Shown one piece after another: positions 26,414 to 36,620 of a stretch of 64,000 bases of DNA. The stretch covers positions 4,959 to 68,958 of the forward strand of contig JBAXTE010000001.1 of assembly GCA_037130365.1 (NCBI GenBank), in the 5' to 3' direction. Position 1 is the first letter of the stretch. The number at the start of each line of letters is the position of its first letter. Under the pieces are notes generated by a model. That model was not told where the DNA came from. It saw only the letters and a program-made list of their open reading frames with translations, and searched no databases. Both the position numbers and the translations under genes were made by a program. Source of the DNA: Bacteroidota bacterium. GTDB taxonomy: Bacteria > Bacteroidota > Bacteroidia > Bacteroidales > WCHB1-69.

Positions 26414-28315
26414 ATGAAGATGAAAGCATTTTTAATTAATTTCTTTGGAAAAAAAATATTACTTACCATATTAATTTTGGCAAGTATTGGAGCTCAAGCA
26501 CAACAGGGGGTTTTAATTAGCGATAATAGTTCAACGAGTTTTGGACCACCTCAGGTTAATTCTGCTTTGGAAATTATATCCTATAATAAAGGATTATTAA
26601 TTCCCAGAATGAGCACAATGCAACGATTAAACATGACTCCTACTACAGATTTAATAAGAGCAAATGGATTAATGGTTTACGATACAGATTTAAATTGTGT
26701 TTTTATATGGAGAAAAGATGCTGCTCCTCTTGCTGTAGATTGTTGGTTTTCACTTTGTAATGGAAGTGCTGGAACTGCTGGCCCTACTGGGGCAACAGGT
26801 GCTAACGGCACAAATGGCACCTCTGGATATGGGCTAGGTTTTTATATTGGCCATGATACTTTATTTGTTTTTGTAGATACTTTAGGCGTTGATTCTACTT
26901 TAAATTACTATATAATTCCTACTGGTGCTGCTGGTGCCACAGGCGCTACAGGTGCTACAGGAGATACTGGAGTTGCTGGAGTTGCTGGTCCTGGACTAGA
27001 TTACTCATGGTCAAATGATTCTTTGTGGATTCACGTTGTTGGAAGTTCCGACTCATTAGGACATCCATTAATTATTGGTCCGATTGGTCCTACTGGTCCT
27101 ACTGGATTAACAGGTCCTACTGGAATTGATGGGCCTACTGGTCCTATTGGTCCTACTGGAATAGATGGTTTGGTCGGCCCTACTGGTGCAACAGGTGCAA
27201 CGGGAGATCCTGGTCCTACTGGTCCTATTGGCCCCACTGGAATTGATGGTTTGGTTGGCCCTACTGGATTAACTGGTCCTACTGGAATTGATGGCCCTAC
27301 TGGCCCTATTGGCCCTACTGGAATTGATGGCTTGGTTGGTCCTACTGGCACAACTGGCGCCACGGGTGATCCTGGCCCCACTGGTCCTACTGGAATTGAT
27401 GGTCCTACTGGATCTATTGGATTAACTGGTCCTACTGGAATTGATGGCCCTACTGGCCCTATTGGACCACAAGGAAACCCTGGAACTCCAGGTACCCCTG
27501 GGTCAAATGGATTACCTGGTGCAGCTGGTCCAATTGGTCCTATCGGTCCTGCTGGTCCTGCTGGTCCTGTTGGTCCTGCTGGTCCTATTGGAGACATGGG
27601 ACCCATTGGCAACGATGCAACTATGGATATTGATTGGAATGGAACTCAACTTGGGATTAGTGTTAATGGAAGTCCTTATGTATATTCAGATTTAGTTGGC
27701 CCTATTGGAAGCCCTGGCACACCTGGCGCCAACGGGTCAAACGGTTTACCAGGTGCTCAGGGTGGCGATGGCCCTCAGGGTCCTGCTGGTCCTGCTGGTC
27801 CTCAAGGAATTCAAGGCCCTATTGGCGTTCAAGGAGATCCTGGATCTGTTGCTTGTAGTCAAAATAATTATGTTTTAAAAACTATTGGAACCACTGCTGA
27901 TTGTTCTGGAATATATGAAGATGATTATTTAAACGTTGGATTAGGAAACTCTGATCCAAAAACGAAATTAGATATTAATGGCAATATCGCTTTAAGAGTT
28001 GACCCTGCAAATCCACAAATTTCTATAACTTCTGACGTATATAACCTTAATATTGGTCCAAATTCTTTTGTCCGATTATCGAGCGATGCATCTCATGAAG
28101 TTTCAGGAATTTTGGAAGAATTTGATGGTAAAATGCTTATCATTACTAATATTGGAGCAAATGACATTGTCTTTAAAAATGATAATGTAAATGGTGGAAT
28201 TACAAATAGATTTTTGTTTAGCACTGGTGCAGATATTACATTAAGTTCTAACCATACTATTACCATTATCTACGACTTTTATTCAAAAAAATGGAGAGAT
28301 ATTTCTTTTAGATAA
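26414..28315 (+). CDS. secreted collagen-like (Gly-X-Y) repeat protein
   Basis: Signal peptide. Four Gly-X-Y tracts, the longest about 58 triplets (27077-27602). Non-collagen N-terminal and C-terminal globular regions. Starts 5 nt after the upstream gene. Confidence 0.85.
   Translation: MKMKAFLINFFGKKILLTILILASIGAQAQQGVLISDNSSTSFGPPQVNSALEIISYNKGLLIPRMSTMQRLNMTPTTDLIRANGLMVYDTDLNCVFIWRKDAAPLAVDCWFSLCNGSAGTAGPTGATGANGTNGTSGYGLGFYIGHDTLFVFVDTLGVDSTLNYYIIPTGAAGATGATGATGDTGVAGVAGPGLDYSWSNDSLWIHVVGSSDSLGHPLIIGPIGPTGPTGLTGPTGIDGPTGPIGPTGIDGLVGPTGATGATGDPGPTGPIGPTGIDGLVGPTGLTGPTGIDGPTGPIGPTGIDGLVGPTGTTGATGDPGPTGPTGIDGPTGSIGLTGPTGIDGPTGPIGPQGNPGTPGTPGSNGLPGAAGPIGPIGPAGPAGPVGPAGPIGDMGPIGNDATMDIDWNGTQLGISVNGSPYVYSDLVGPIGSPGTPGANGSNGLPGAQGGDGPQGPAGPAGPQGIQGPIGVQGDPGSVACSQNNYVLKTIGTTADCSGIYEDDYLNVGLGNSDPKTKLDINGNIALRVDPANPQISITSDVYNLNIGPNSFVRLSSDASHEVSGILEEFDGKMLIITNIGANDIVFKNDNVNGGITNRFLFSTGADITLSSNHTITIIYDFYSKKWRDISFR
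27107..27466 (+). repeat. in-frame tandem DNA repeat inside the collagen-like gene (units of 162 and 153 nt plus a partial third)
   Basis: Units start with ttaac(a/t)ggtcctactggaattgatgg at 27107, 27269 and 27422, and are near-identical over more than 70 nt. Confidence 0.8.
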
Positions 28316-28331
28316 TTGTTAAAAGCGTTAT

Positions 28332-28369
28332 AAAAAAAAAGAGTTTGGCCGTGTCAAACTCTTTTTTTT
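28332..28369 (+). terminator. rho-independent terminator
   Basis: A-run, gagtttg (28341-28347), loop gccgtgt, caaactc (28355-28361), then T8. Confidence 0.75.
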
Positions 28370-28480
28370 ATAATATAAATAGAAAAAAATGACTTTATTA
28401 AATAAAGTTTGTAGATTTACAACTAAAAATCATTTTTTTTCGTCTAACAATTATATAAATATAAATAAATCTCTTGTTCA

Positions 28481-30709
28481 ATGAAAAAAATCAAGATAAT
28501 TATTCTATTATTAAGTATTTTTCAAATATCGATATTTGCACAACCAACATTAACAACAAGCGTAACTCAAAATACAATTTGCGACGGAGTAGGTTGTAAT
28601 TATGTAGGCCCATCGATATTAATTAACGAAGTAATGCTTTGTCCATCGCAATTTGACGGATCCATATATGGTGATGGACCTGGATTTTCTGCAAATACAA
28701 ATGCAGGCGAATGGATAGAATTGTATAATCCTGATTACTGTTTTCCCAAAGATATTTCTGGATTTTTGTTAGGCAACAATGCCCCCGACAACGGAACAAA
28801 TTATGGAGGTGGTTTTGTAATCCCTGCAAATACGATTGTTCCAAGTAGAGGATTCTGCGTTATTCGTGGTGTAAATGCAACACCAGTTCCCTCAAACTTA
28901 CTTATTCAAAACGGGGGAAATACGATTGAAATTATTGTAAATAACACAAATTCATGCATTAATGGTGGATTTCGATTGTGGTTTCCAAATGCTGGTGGTT
29001 GGTTTGCTTTTTACGACCGAAATGGGAATCCTCAAGATGGTATTTCCTGGGCTTCAACAACAAACTCATGTTCAAATTGTAATGCATGTATTCCACCATC
29101 TAGCTCATTTGCGGGAACATTACCAACATATGATGCAATACCAGCAACAATGAAAACTTATATTTCAACAACTGGTCCAACCGCTGGTTTTACTTTCCGT
29201 CGTTACCCTGATGGAGGAGGATGGCAGATTTCAACTCCAGCAACTCCAACATTAGGAACGTGTAATGGCCCTTGTGTTTTACCAGCAGTAGTTACATGTA
29301 ATGGCACAGCGCAAGTAGTTGCACAAGGAGGTACAGCGCCATATCAATACCTTTGGAACGGGGGTAGTAGTCCAATAAATTCTTTAGATACTGGTTTATG
29401 TGGAGGCACTTATATTGTAACTGTAACCGATAATGCTGGTCTTACATCAACTGCAAGTGTTGTTGTTCCAAATTGGGTTCCTTCATCTTCTTTTTCACTT
29501 ACACCAGATACGTTTTGTTTAAATAATTCTGCAACAGCAACCTATACTGGAGATGTTGCTGATACAGCTACATTTAATTGGACAATTACTGGTGGTACGC
29601 TTAATTCTGGAATAGGTGTTGGTCCGCAAATAGCATCAACTACTACTATTGGAAGCCATACAGTTGGACTTACTGTTGTGCAAAATGGATGTCCTTCACC
29701 ACTTACAGAGCATACTTTTTATGTTTTTCAAATACAATCGAATGCTTCTGTTGTCCATCCTCCATTATGTGCGTTATCATCTACTGGTGAGGCCACTGCG
29801 AATGGCTTAGTGGGTGTATCTCCCTACCATTATCTATGGAGTAATGGGAATCCAACTCAAAACGCGACAAGTTTAGCAGCAGGTCAATATATTGTTACCG
29901 TTACTGATGCAATCGGATGCACATCTTCATCTACGATCACGATAATAGACCCTTCGCCATTAACATTAATCACAAATGCCTCAGACGAAACGTGTAGCGG
30001 CTATTGCAATGGTTCCATAAATGTAACAGCATCTGGGTCTACACCACCTTACAGTTACGCATGGCAAGGAAGCACATCAACTACATATCAAGCCAATAAT
30101 CTCTGCGTTGGTAGTTACTCCGTTATCGTTACAGATTCAAATAATTGTACAGCAACTGCCACTGAAATAATAAATTTCACGAACGAAATTTCTGCAATTG
30201 CAAATGCAAATCCACCAGAAGGTGTTGCACCTGCGGATATTCAATTTACTTACATAGGGAATGGCGCAACAACATTTGATTGGGGATTTGGAGATGGTAG
30301 TAGTGCGTTTAATGCAAACCCAATTCATCAATACGTAAATGCCGGAACTTATACCATTACCCTTATTGTAACGAGTGGTGCTCCTAATTTTTGCGCTGAT
30401 ACCACATGGTTAACGGTAGTAATAGTACCACCTTCTAATGTAACAATACCTAATATTTTCACTCCAAATAATGATGGATTTAACGATAATTTTTTTGCTG
30501 TTTCTTCAGGATTAGATCGCGAAACAATGAAAATTTACAACCGATGGGGAAGAGTGGTTTTTTCATCAGAAACTGTATCTGAGCCTTGGAATGGAAAAAA
30601 CGGAAACAACGAAGAGCTTTCTGATGGTATTTATTATTATATTTATCACTCAACAGGATTCGATAAAAAAGTGTATGATTTTCATGGATCAGTAACTTTA
30701 TTGAGATAA
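28481..30709 (+). CDS. T9SS type B CTD adhesin-like protein (lamin-tail domain, SprB repeats, PKD domain)
   Basis: LTD (ILINEVM...GEWIELYNP). Three SprB-type repeats (GGTAPYQYLWNGG...YIVTVTDNAG; SPYHYLWSNG...YIVTVTDAIGC; TPPYSYAWQG...YSVIVTDSNNC). PKD (FDWGFGDGS...YVNAGTYTITL). CTD IPNIFTPNNDGFNDNF...IYNRWGRVVF...WNGKN..DGIYYYIY. Confidence 0.85.
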   Translation: MKKIKIIILLLSIFQISIFAQPTLTTSVTQNTICDGVGCNYVGPSILINEVMLCPSQFDGSIYGDGPGFSANTNAGEWIELYNPDYCFPKDISGFLLGNNAPDNGTNYGGGFVIPANTIVPSRGFCVIRGVNATPVPSNLLIQNGGNTIEIIVNNTNSCINGGFRLWFPNAGGWFAFYDRNGNPQDGISWASTTNSCSNCNACIPPSSSFAGTLPTYDAIPATMKTYISTTGPTAGFTFRRYPDGGGWQISTPATPTLGTCNGPCVLPAVVTCNGTAQVVAQGGTAPYQYLWNGGSSPINSLDTGLCGGTYIVTVTDNAGLTSTASVVVPNWVPSSSFSLTPDTFCLNNSATATYTGDVADTATFNWTITGGTLNSGIGVGPQIASTTTIGSHTVGLTVVQNGCPSPLTEHTFYVFQIQSNASVVHPPLCALSSTGEATANGLVGVSPYHYLWSNGNPTQNATSLAAGQYIVTVTDAIGCTSSSTITIIDPSPLTLITNASDETCSGYCNGSINVTASGSTPPYSYAWQGSTSTTYQANNLCVGSYSVIVTDSNNCTATATEIINFTNEISAIANANPPEGVAPADIQFTYIGNGATTFDWGFGDGSSAFNANPIHQYVNAGTYTITLIVTSGAPNFCADTTWLTVVIVPPSNVTIPNIFTPNNDGFNDNFFAVSSGLDRETMKIYNRWGRVVFSSETVSEPWNGKNGNNEELSDGIYYYIYHSTGFDKKVYDFHGSVTLLR

Positions 30710-30798
30710 ACAAAACAAAATGTTTATTGTCCCATTAGGCAAATATGATATATTTGTCAACAATTTCATACGGCATTTACACAAGCGCTTTTTATTCC

Positions 30799-30806
30799 TA
30801 TATTTG
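30799..30806 (+). promoter_or_regulatory. candidate -7 promoter box (TATATTTG)
   Basis: Overlaps the track's GTG start at 30806, which argues for the ATG at 30827 as the true start. Confidence 0.4.
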
Positions 30807-30826
30807 TGATATTAAAACACACACAA

Positions 30827-32245
30827 ATGAAAAAATCATTTTTTTTGGCAATTTTGGCAATTTTTATCGTGATGCCATTTATTGGCAAAGGCCAATCTGA
30901 ACCCAATTTTGCAAAACTCAATGGCGCTTGGGAAGGCATTCTGGTTGCCGAAGGCGATTCTCAATGCATTGTTATTGAAGTTGTTGCCGACACTTCGTTG
31001 AAATCTACCGTTAGTTTACCTTGGACCGGAATGGCGAGTTTTATTGCCTCGAAAACAACGTTGGTAAACGATACTTTTTATTTTAAAGTCAGTCAGCCTA
31101 CTTTTAGCTTCAAAGGAGTTTACGATGAAAAGAGCCAATCGATAAAAGGACTTTTTAAACAAGGAAAATCTTATCCTTTAGAACTTCAAAAAACGGATCA
31201 TCCACAACGCATAAATCGTCCACAAACGCCAATTGCACCTTATCCATACATTTCAGAAGATGTGGAATTTTCGAATTCGAAACAAAATATTAAATTTGGG
31301 GGTACCCTAACTATACCTATCGGAGATGGACCATTTCCGGCAGTTGTGCTAATCTCTGGTTCGGGTCCACAAAACAGAGACGAAGAGCTTCTTGGGCACA
31401 AACCTTTTTTAGTTATTTCCGATTATTTAACCCGAAATGGAATTGCCGTACTTCGCTACGACGACCGTGGTGTTGGAAAATCAACGGGAAAATTCAGCGA
31501 AGGAACTACCCTCGATTTTGCCAATGACGCCGAATCAGCTTTTAATTTCTTAAGCACTGACAAGCGAATTTATGCCAATAAAATTGGACTCGTTGGTCAT
31601 AGTGAAGGAGGTGTTATAGCGCCTATTGTTGCTTCTCGAGAGAAAAAAGTGGCATTTATCATCCTGTTAGCAGGCACTGGTGTCGATGGTAAAATTTTAA
31701 TGTTAGAACAATACCGATTAATCTTAAAGGCATCCGGAATTCCGGATTCGATAGTCACTCCGTTAGTAGATTTGAATAGACAGGCATTTGACATTGCCCT
31801 GACAACTAAAGATAATAAGAAAGCCGCAGAAAAGATTAGAGTTGTCACAAACAATATCATCCAACAAATTGGAGTTGAAACCGCAAAGAAATATAACTTA
31901 ACTCCAATGAGTGCAGAAAAACTCATTATGCAAATTTTAACGCCTTGGATGAAAGAGTTTATGCGCTTAAATCCTGCGGAGTATTTATGCAAAGTTAATT
32001 GTCCAATTTTAGCGTTGAATGGGGATTTAGACCTTCAAGTTCCTGCTATTTTAAATATTCCTGCCATTCAAAAAGCAGTTGCCAAGAACAAAAAAGGGAA
32101 ACTCACCGTAAAGACGTTCCCAAAGCTTAACCATCTTTTTCAAACCTCAACCACGGGTTCTCCATCGGAGTATGCTCGTATTGAGGAGACATTGAACGAA
32201 GAGGTGTTGAAGGTGATGTTGGAGTATATACAGAAACTACCATAA
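30827..32245 (+). CDS. secreted alpha/beta hydrolase
   Basis: Signal peptide MKKSFFLAILAIFIVMPFIG and nucleophile elbow GHSEGG. Confidence 0.8.
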   Translation: MKKSFFLAILAIFIVMPFIGKGQSEPNFAKLNGAWEGILVAEGDSQCIVIEVVADTSLKSTVSLPWTGMASFIASKTTLVNDTFYFKVSQPTFSFKGVYDEKSQSIKGLFKQGKSYPLELQKTDHPQRINRPQTPIAPYPYISEDVEFSNSKQNIKFGGTLTIPIGDGPFPAVVLISGSGPQNRDEELLGHKPFLVISDYLTRNGIAVLRYDDRGVGKSTGKFSEGTTLDFANDAESAFNFLSTDKRIYANKIGLVGHSEGGVIAPIVASREKKVAFIILLAGTGVDGKILMLEQYRLILKASGIPDSIVTPLVDLNRQAFDIALTTKDNKKAAEKIRVVTNNIIQQIGVETAKKYNLTPMSAEKLIMQILTPWMKEFMRLNPAEYLCKVNCPILALNGDLDLQVPAILNIPAIQKAVAKNKKGKLTVKTFPKLNHLFQTSTTGSPSEYARIEETLNEEVLKVMLEYIQKLP

Positions 32246-32282
32246 AAAAACTCCGAATCGATTCACATCGTTCGGAGTTTGA
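32246..32282. terminator. bidirectional stem-loop terminator
   Basis: aaactccgaa (32248-32257) pairs with ttcggagttt (32271-32280). Sits between convergent genes. Confidence 0.65.
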
Positions 32283-32300
32283 AATCATGCGTTTGATTTT

Positions 32301-32753
32301 TCAATCAGAAAGCAAATTCTTTATAATTTCGGAAATAGCTTTATTATCGGCTTTTCCTTGTAATTGTTTAGAGGCCATACCCATTACTTTTCCCATTTCT
32401 TTTGCAGAAGTAGCTCCACATTGAGCAATAATTTCTTTAATTAATGCGGTAAGTTCTTCAACAGGCATTTCTTGAGGCAAGTATAATTTAAGTACCCCTA
32501 CTTGGTTTTGTTCAGGTTCGGCTAAATCCAATCGATTTTGTTGAATATAGATTTCTGCTGCATCCAAACGTTGTTTTACCAACTTTTTAATGATACTTAT
32601 TTCCTCATCATCAGTCAATTCACTAGTCGCACTTTTTGCGGCCATTGCAAGCGTAAATGCAGTTTTAACTGCACGAAGGGCTTCGAGTTTTTCTTTATCT
32701 TTAGCCAACATGGCTAATTTAATATCGTTGTTTATGAGTGAAGTAAGTTTCAT
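32301..32753 (-). CDS. GatB/YqeY domain protein
   Basis: 150 aa, MKLTSLINNDIKLAMLAKDKEKLEALRAVK..., typical YqeY. Usual position downstream of ftsZ. Confidence 0.85.
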   Translation of the reverse strand: MKLTSLINNDIKLAMLAKDKEKLEALRAVKTAFTLAMAAKSATSELTDDEEISIIKKLVKQRLDAAEIYIQQNRLDLAEPEQNQVGVLKLYLPQEMPVEELTALIKEIIAQCGATSAKEMGKVMGMASKQLQGKADNKAISEIIKNLLSD

Positions 32754-32774
32754 TATTATGTGAGTATAGATTTA

Positions 32775-34355
32775 TTAATCAACATTATCGAATAAATATG
32801 GATTTTTCCGTTTGATTTCAACTTGATTTTGATCGTTTGTAGCAATCAATAATGAAGAAGATTGAACATCAGATGATACATAATTGTCATTAATAGCAAT
32901 TCCTTTTCGTTGATAAGCAGGAATTTTTTCAATATCAATAAGTCCTTGTTCAGTTTTAATCGTATTGTTTAAGTTAAATGAGCGAAGTTTCGATCTGCGT
33001 TCAGCATCTTTTTCATCAAATTCCTCTGAGTCAAGTTCTGTTTCATGAATTGGATTATATTGAGGAGATACGATTTGAGCATCATCGCGAAAAGCATCAT
33101 TTTGAGAGTTTTGATTGGCAACTACTTTTAACGTTGGTGCTAAATTATTTTCTTGAGAATTTGAATTTGAAGGAGCATCATCGTCAGATAAGAAATGAAC
33201 AATATGTTCTGGTTTAAGTGCCAGTGGTTGTTCTTGATTGTTGGTAGTTTCAATCTCAGAAATTTTTTGATCTACTTTAAAATCAGTTAAATTTGAGACT
33301 TGTTTCACAACATTTTGAGCTTCTGGTTTAGGCATTTCAAGAGATCGGATTGTAGTCTTTGAAGCCGAAGTTGATGAATAGTTTGGGTTATTGGAAGCCT
33401 GGAAACCAGTAGCAATTAGGGTAACACTAATCCCGCTTTCTAATGAAGGATCTACGCCATAGCCCCAAATCACATTTACATCTTGACCAGCTTCGTCCAC
33501 TACATATTCTGTAATTTCTGTAACTTCATCCATCGTAAGTTCTTCATTACCATATGCCAAATAAAGGAGAATATCTTTTGCACCACGAATATTGCTATCA
33601 TTTAACAGCGGAGAAGTTAATGCTTCTTCAACTGCTCTGCGAGCTCTGCCTTCGCCTTCGGATTTTCCACTACCCATAATAGCAACTCCACTGGAGCGCA
33701 TTACAGTTTTAACATCTTCAAGGTCGACATTAATACCACCAATACACGTGATAATTTCAGCAATACTTTTTGCGGCTGTAGTTAAAATGTTATCAGCTTT
33801 ATCAAATGCTTCAGTCATCTTAAGATTGCCATAGAGCTCTCTCAATTTATCATTACAAATAATAAGAAGTGCGTCAACGTGATCCTTAAGTTCATTAATA
33901 CCTTCTTCGGCATAACTTCTTCTTTTACGACCTTCGAAGCCAAATGGAAGAGTAACAATCCCAACGGTAAGGATTCCCATTTCGCGAGCTAGTTCTGCTA
34001 ACACTGGAGCAGCTCCAGTTCCAGTTCCACCGCCCATTCCTGCAGTAATAAATACCATTTCGGTATTATTTTCTAAAGCAGCTCTTAGTTTTTCTAAATC
34101 TTCTATAGCAGCTTCTTTACCAACAGTAGGAATTGAACCAGCTCCTAGTCCCTTTTTTCCAATTTGAATTTTATTAGGTACAGGGTTTATTTCTAACGAT
34201 TGTGCATCGGTGTTGCAAACAATAAAATCTACACCACGAATTCCAAGTTCGTACATGTGTTTAACTGCATTGCAACCACCACCACCAACTCCAAAAACTT
34301 TAATGATTGAAGATTGATCTTTTGGTAATTCGAATTTTAATATATCGTTAGTCAT
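32775..34355 (-). CDS. ftsZ: cell division protein FtsZ
   Basis: GVGGGGCNAV and the tubulin signature GMGGGTGTGAAP. Long low-complexity linker, and a C-terminal IPAYQRKG peptide. Confidence 0.95.
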   Translation of the reverse strand: MTNDILKFELPKDQSSIIKVFGVGGGGCNAVKHMYELGIRGVDFIVCNTDAQSLEINPVPNKIQIGKKGLGAGSIPTVGKEAAIEDLEKLRAALENNTEMVFITAGMGGGTGTGAAPVLAELAREMGILTVGIVTLPFGFEGRKRRSYAEEGINELKDHVDALLIICNDKLRELYGNLKMTEAFDKADNILTTAAKSIAEIITCIGGINVDLEDVKTVMRSSGVAIMGSGKSEGEGRARRAVEEALTSPLLNDSNIRGAKDILLYLAYGNEELTMDEVTEITEYVVDEAGQDVNVIWGYGVDPSLESGISVTLIATGFQASNNPNYSSTSASKTTIRSLEMPKPEAQNVVKQVSNLTDFKVDQKISEIETTNNQEQPLALKPEHIVHFLSDDDAPSNSNSQENNLAPTLKVVANQNSQNDAFRDDAQIVSPQYNPIHETELDSEEFDEKDAERRSKLRSFNLNNTIKTEQGLIDIEKIPAYQRKGIAINDNYVSSDVQSSSLLIATNDQNQVEIKRKNPYLFDNVD

Positions 34356-34505
34356 AATCTCTTAATTATCGTTAGTTAAAATCTCTATTCTTTAGTAAAA
34401 TTCAGTTTTTTGAATTGAATTTTTAAAATTATACATTTTCCATCAATTGCAATGTTAACTTGTCAAAAGTTTATCAACAAAATTGTGTTAAAATCAAACA
34501 AAAAT

Positions 34506-35816
34506 TTACTTTACTTCCTCGCCACCAAAAAAGCCTTTGAGCATATCCGAAAGCTTTGTGTTCGAAATATCTCTAGGTGGTTTTTTTGGTTTTTCTTTTT
34601 TAACTTTGGCTTCTGTTGATGTAGAATTTACAAATTCATTTTCTGGCTCTACAGCTTTAGGTATATGACGATTAAACCCCTCAATAACCAAACCTATACT
34701 AGTTGCATAACTTGGATTAAGTAAGTCTTTGTTTGTTTCTGGTGAAATTTTTTCACTAGGAGCACCTATTCTGGCTTCCATTCCTGTTGTAAACTCAACT
34801 AATTCTTTTAAATGCTTCAACTGCGACCCACCACCGGTAAGAACAATACCAGCGATCAGTTTTTTCTTATATCCACTATTTTGAATTTCATAATCTATTT
34901 GCTCTACAATTTCTTCCACTCTTGCTTGAATGATATGAGCTAAATTACGAAGGGAGATTTCTTTTGGAGGACGCCCTTTTAATCCAGGAATTGAAACAAT
35001 TTCATCATCTCTATTTTGTTCTGCCAAACAAGACCCATATTTCACCTTTAATGCTTCGGCTTGAACTTTTATTATGGTGCATCCTTCTTTTACATCTTCG
35101 GTAATTGTATTTCCACCAAGAGGAATAACTGCAGTGTGTCGAATGATGTTGTCCTGAAAAATTGCAATATCAGAAGTACCACCACCTATATCAACTAAAA
35201 CCACACCGGCTTCTTTTTCTTCATCACTCAAAACCGATTCTGATGAAGCTAAAGGCTCAAGCACAAGAGCTTCTAGTTCAAGACCAGCTTTTACAACGCA
35301 ACGATAGATATTTTTAATGGCACTTTCATTTCCTGTGATAATATGAAAATTAGCGCCAAGCTCAACGCCAGCCATACCGATAGGTTCACGAATTCCTGTT
35401 TCTCTGTCAATGATAAACTCTTGAGGAATAACATCAATAATTTGCTCCCCAGGTTTCATTACCAATTTTTTCATATTATCGGTAAGTTTGATAATATCTT
35501 TTTTTGAAATTTCGTCCACAGTGTTATCACGAAGTACGTTTCCACGATGTTGAATACTTTTTATATGTTGACCCGCAATTCCAACCACCACAGAACCAAT
35601 CTCAACTCCACTTTCGCGTTCAGCCATTTCAACGGCAGTTCGAATTGAGGTGACTGTTTTTTCAATATTTGCAACTTGACCTCTCATCACACCTGTAGAC
35701 TCGGCTTTTCCTGATCCTAAAATTTCAATATTGCCATTTTTGTCTTTACGACCAACGATTACAGCAATTTTTGTAGTTCCAATGTCTAATCCAACAATAA
35801 GTTCTGAATTTTCCAT
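34506..35816 (-). CDS. ftsA: cell division protein FtsA
   Basis: Actin-like ATPase motifs GLDIGTTKIAV and DIGGGTSDIA. Basic C-terminal tail. Confidence 0.95.
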   Translation of the reverse strand: MENSELIVGLDIGTTKIAVIVGRKDKNGNIEILGSGKAESTGVMRGQVANIEKTVTSIRTAVEMAERESGVEIGSVVVGIAGQHIKSIQHRGNVLRDNTVDEISKKDIIKLTDNMKKLVMKPGEQIIDVIPQEFIIDRETGIREPIGMAGVELGANFHIITGNESAIKNIYRCVVKAGLELEALVLEPLASSESVLSDEEKEAGVVLVDIGGGTSDIAIFQDNIIRHTAVIPLGGNTITEDVKEGCTIIKVQAEALKVKYGSCLAEQNRDDEIVSIPGLKGRPPKEISLRNLAHIIQARVEEIVEQIDYEIQNSGYKKKLIAGIVLTGGGSQLKHLKELVEFTTGMEARIGAPSEKISPETNKDLLNPSYATSIGLVIEGFNRHIPKAVEPENEFVNSTSTEAKVKKEKPKKPPRDISNTKLSDMLKGFFGGEEVK

Positions 35817-35831
35817 TTGTTAATTTCCTTT

Positions 35832-36620
35832 CTATTTTTTTGTACAAACAACTTGATTTTTAAACTTTAAATTAATGATGGCGTATTTACTCCATCCAGT
35901 CTGACTAAACGACTCCGTATATAAGGCTTTTAGCTTTGTAATTTTTTTTTCAAGATTATCAATATTTCCAACCACGATTAGCTGCCCTCCCACTCTAGAA
36001 ACTAATTCAAATTCTCCTTTATTGGTAACAAAAATCTGATCAACTTGAGCGTCCATAAATGGGTCACTTTTTATTTTTTTTTCTAAAAACCATAATCTAA
36101 ACAATACCGACCTATTTAATAATGAATCTTCAATTGAACTATTTTCACTTTCCAGATTGCGCATACTGGAGTAATAATCGAAGATATCACCCGTTGCAAT
36201 CGGGGTTCGTTGAGTGCCATGTTCAGAAATTGGCATCATTTGACCCTTATCGGTAAGATAATACTGTTGCCCTTTGGCATTAAAGACTCTTAGAATTGGT
36301 TTCTTTTGTTTAATCTCCACATTCAGCTCTCCAGACAAACTTAAATTTGCTTGAGCTTCGCAAATAAATGGATTCGTTTGCAACATACTTTCAATAGATT
36401 GGACATTAATTTCTTTTAATCTCTGTCCAACTGGATCACCAAACATCTTCACCAAATGAGCTTTAACCTCTTCTGGTGTAACAAAAACAGATGCACTATC
36501 ATAATCAACAATAATATTTAATGCAGTACATTTTCTATACCCATGGCCAATAATTGCAGCCAATACCACAAAAGTAGTCACTCCAGATATTAACAAGCGA
36601 ATCACCCATTTTTTACTCAT
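35832..36620 (-). CDS. ftsQ: cell division protein FtsQ-like
   Basis: Single TM followed by a POTRA-like region. MSKKWVIRLL (ATG 36620) is preferred as the start, giving an 8-nt overlap with the murC stop. Confidence 0.7.
   Translation of the reverse strand: MSKKWVIRLLISGVTTFVVLAAIIGHGYRKCTALNIIVDYDSASVFVTPEEVKAHLVKMFGDPVGQRLKEINVQSIESMLQTNPFICEAQANLSLSGELNVEIKQKKPILRVFNAKGQQYYLTDKGQMMPISEHGTQRTPIATGDIFDYYSSMRNLESENSSIEDSLLNRSVLFRLWFLEKKIKSDPFMDAQVDQIFVTNKGEFELVSRVGGQLIVVGNIDNLEKKITKLKALYTESFSQTGWSKYAIINLKFKNQVVCTKK

Noticed and set aside
27077-27602. Regular short repeats considered as a possible CRISPR array
   Set aside because: The repeats are in-frame codon triplets inside a long ORF. 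There are no unique spacers of constant length and no cas genes in the window.
27031-27612. 193-aa Pro/Gly-rich ORF on the minus strand, plus the plus-strand off-frame ORFs 27441-27695 and 27696-27878 (LVLLVLLV...)
   Set aside because: These are mirror-frame or shifted-frame artefacts of the GGN-CCN-rich collagen repeat. Only the 26414-28315 frame has a signal peptide, flanking globular domains and uninterrupted Gly-X-Y periodicity.
26414-28315. Collagen-like gene as a phage tail fibre or prophage remnant
   Set aside because: No capsid, terminase, integrase, tail or lysis gene lies within the window. The flanking genes are T9SS cargo genes, and the gene has a signal peptide and is near-contiguous with a T9SS cargo gene.
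32775-33400. Long (~190 aa) low-complexity C-terminal linker of FtsZ as an anomaly
   Set aside because: FtsZ linker length is highly variable among bacteria. The conserved C-terminal peptide (IPAYQRKG) is retained, so this is ordinary variation.
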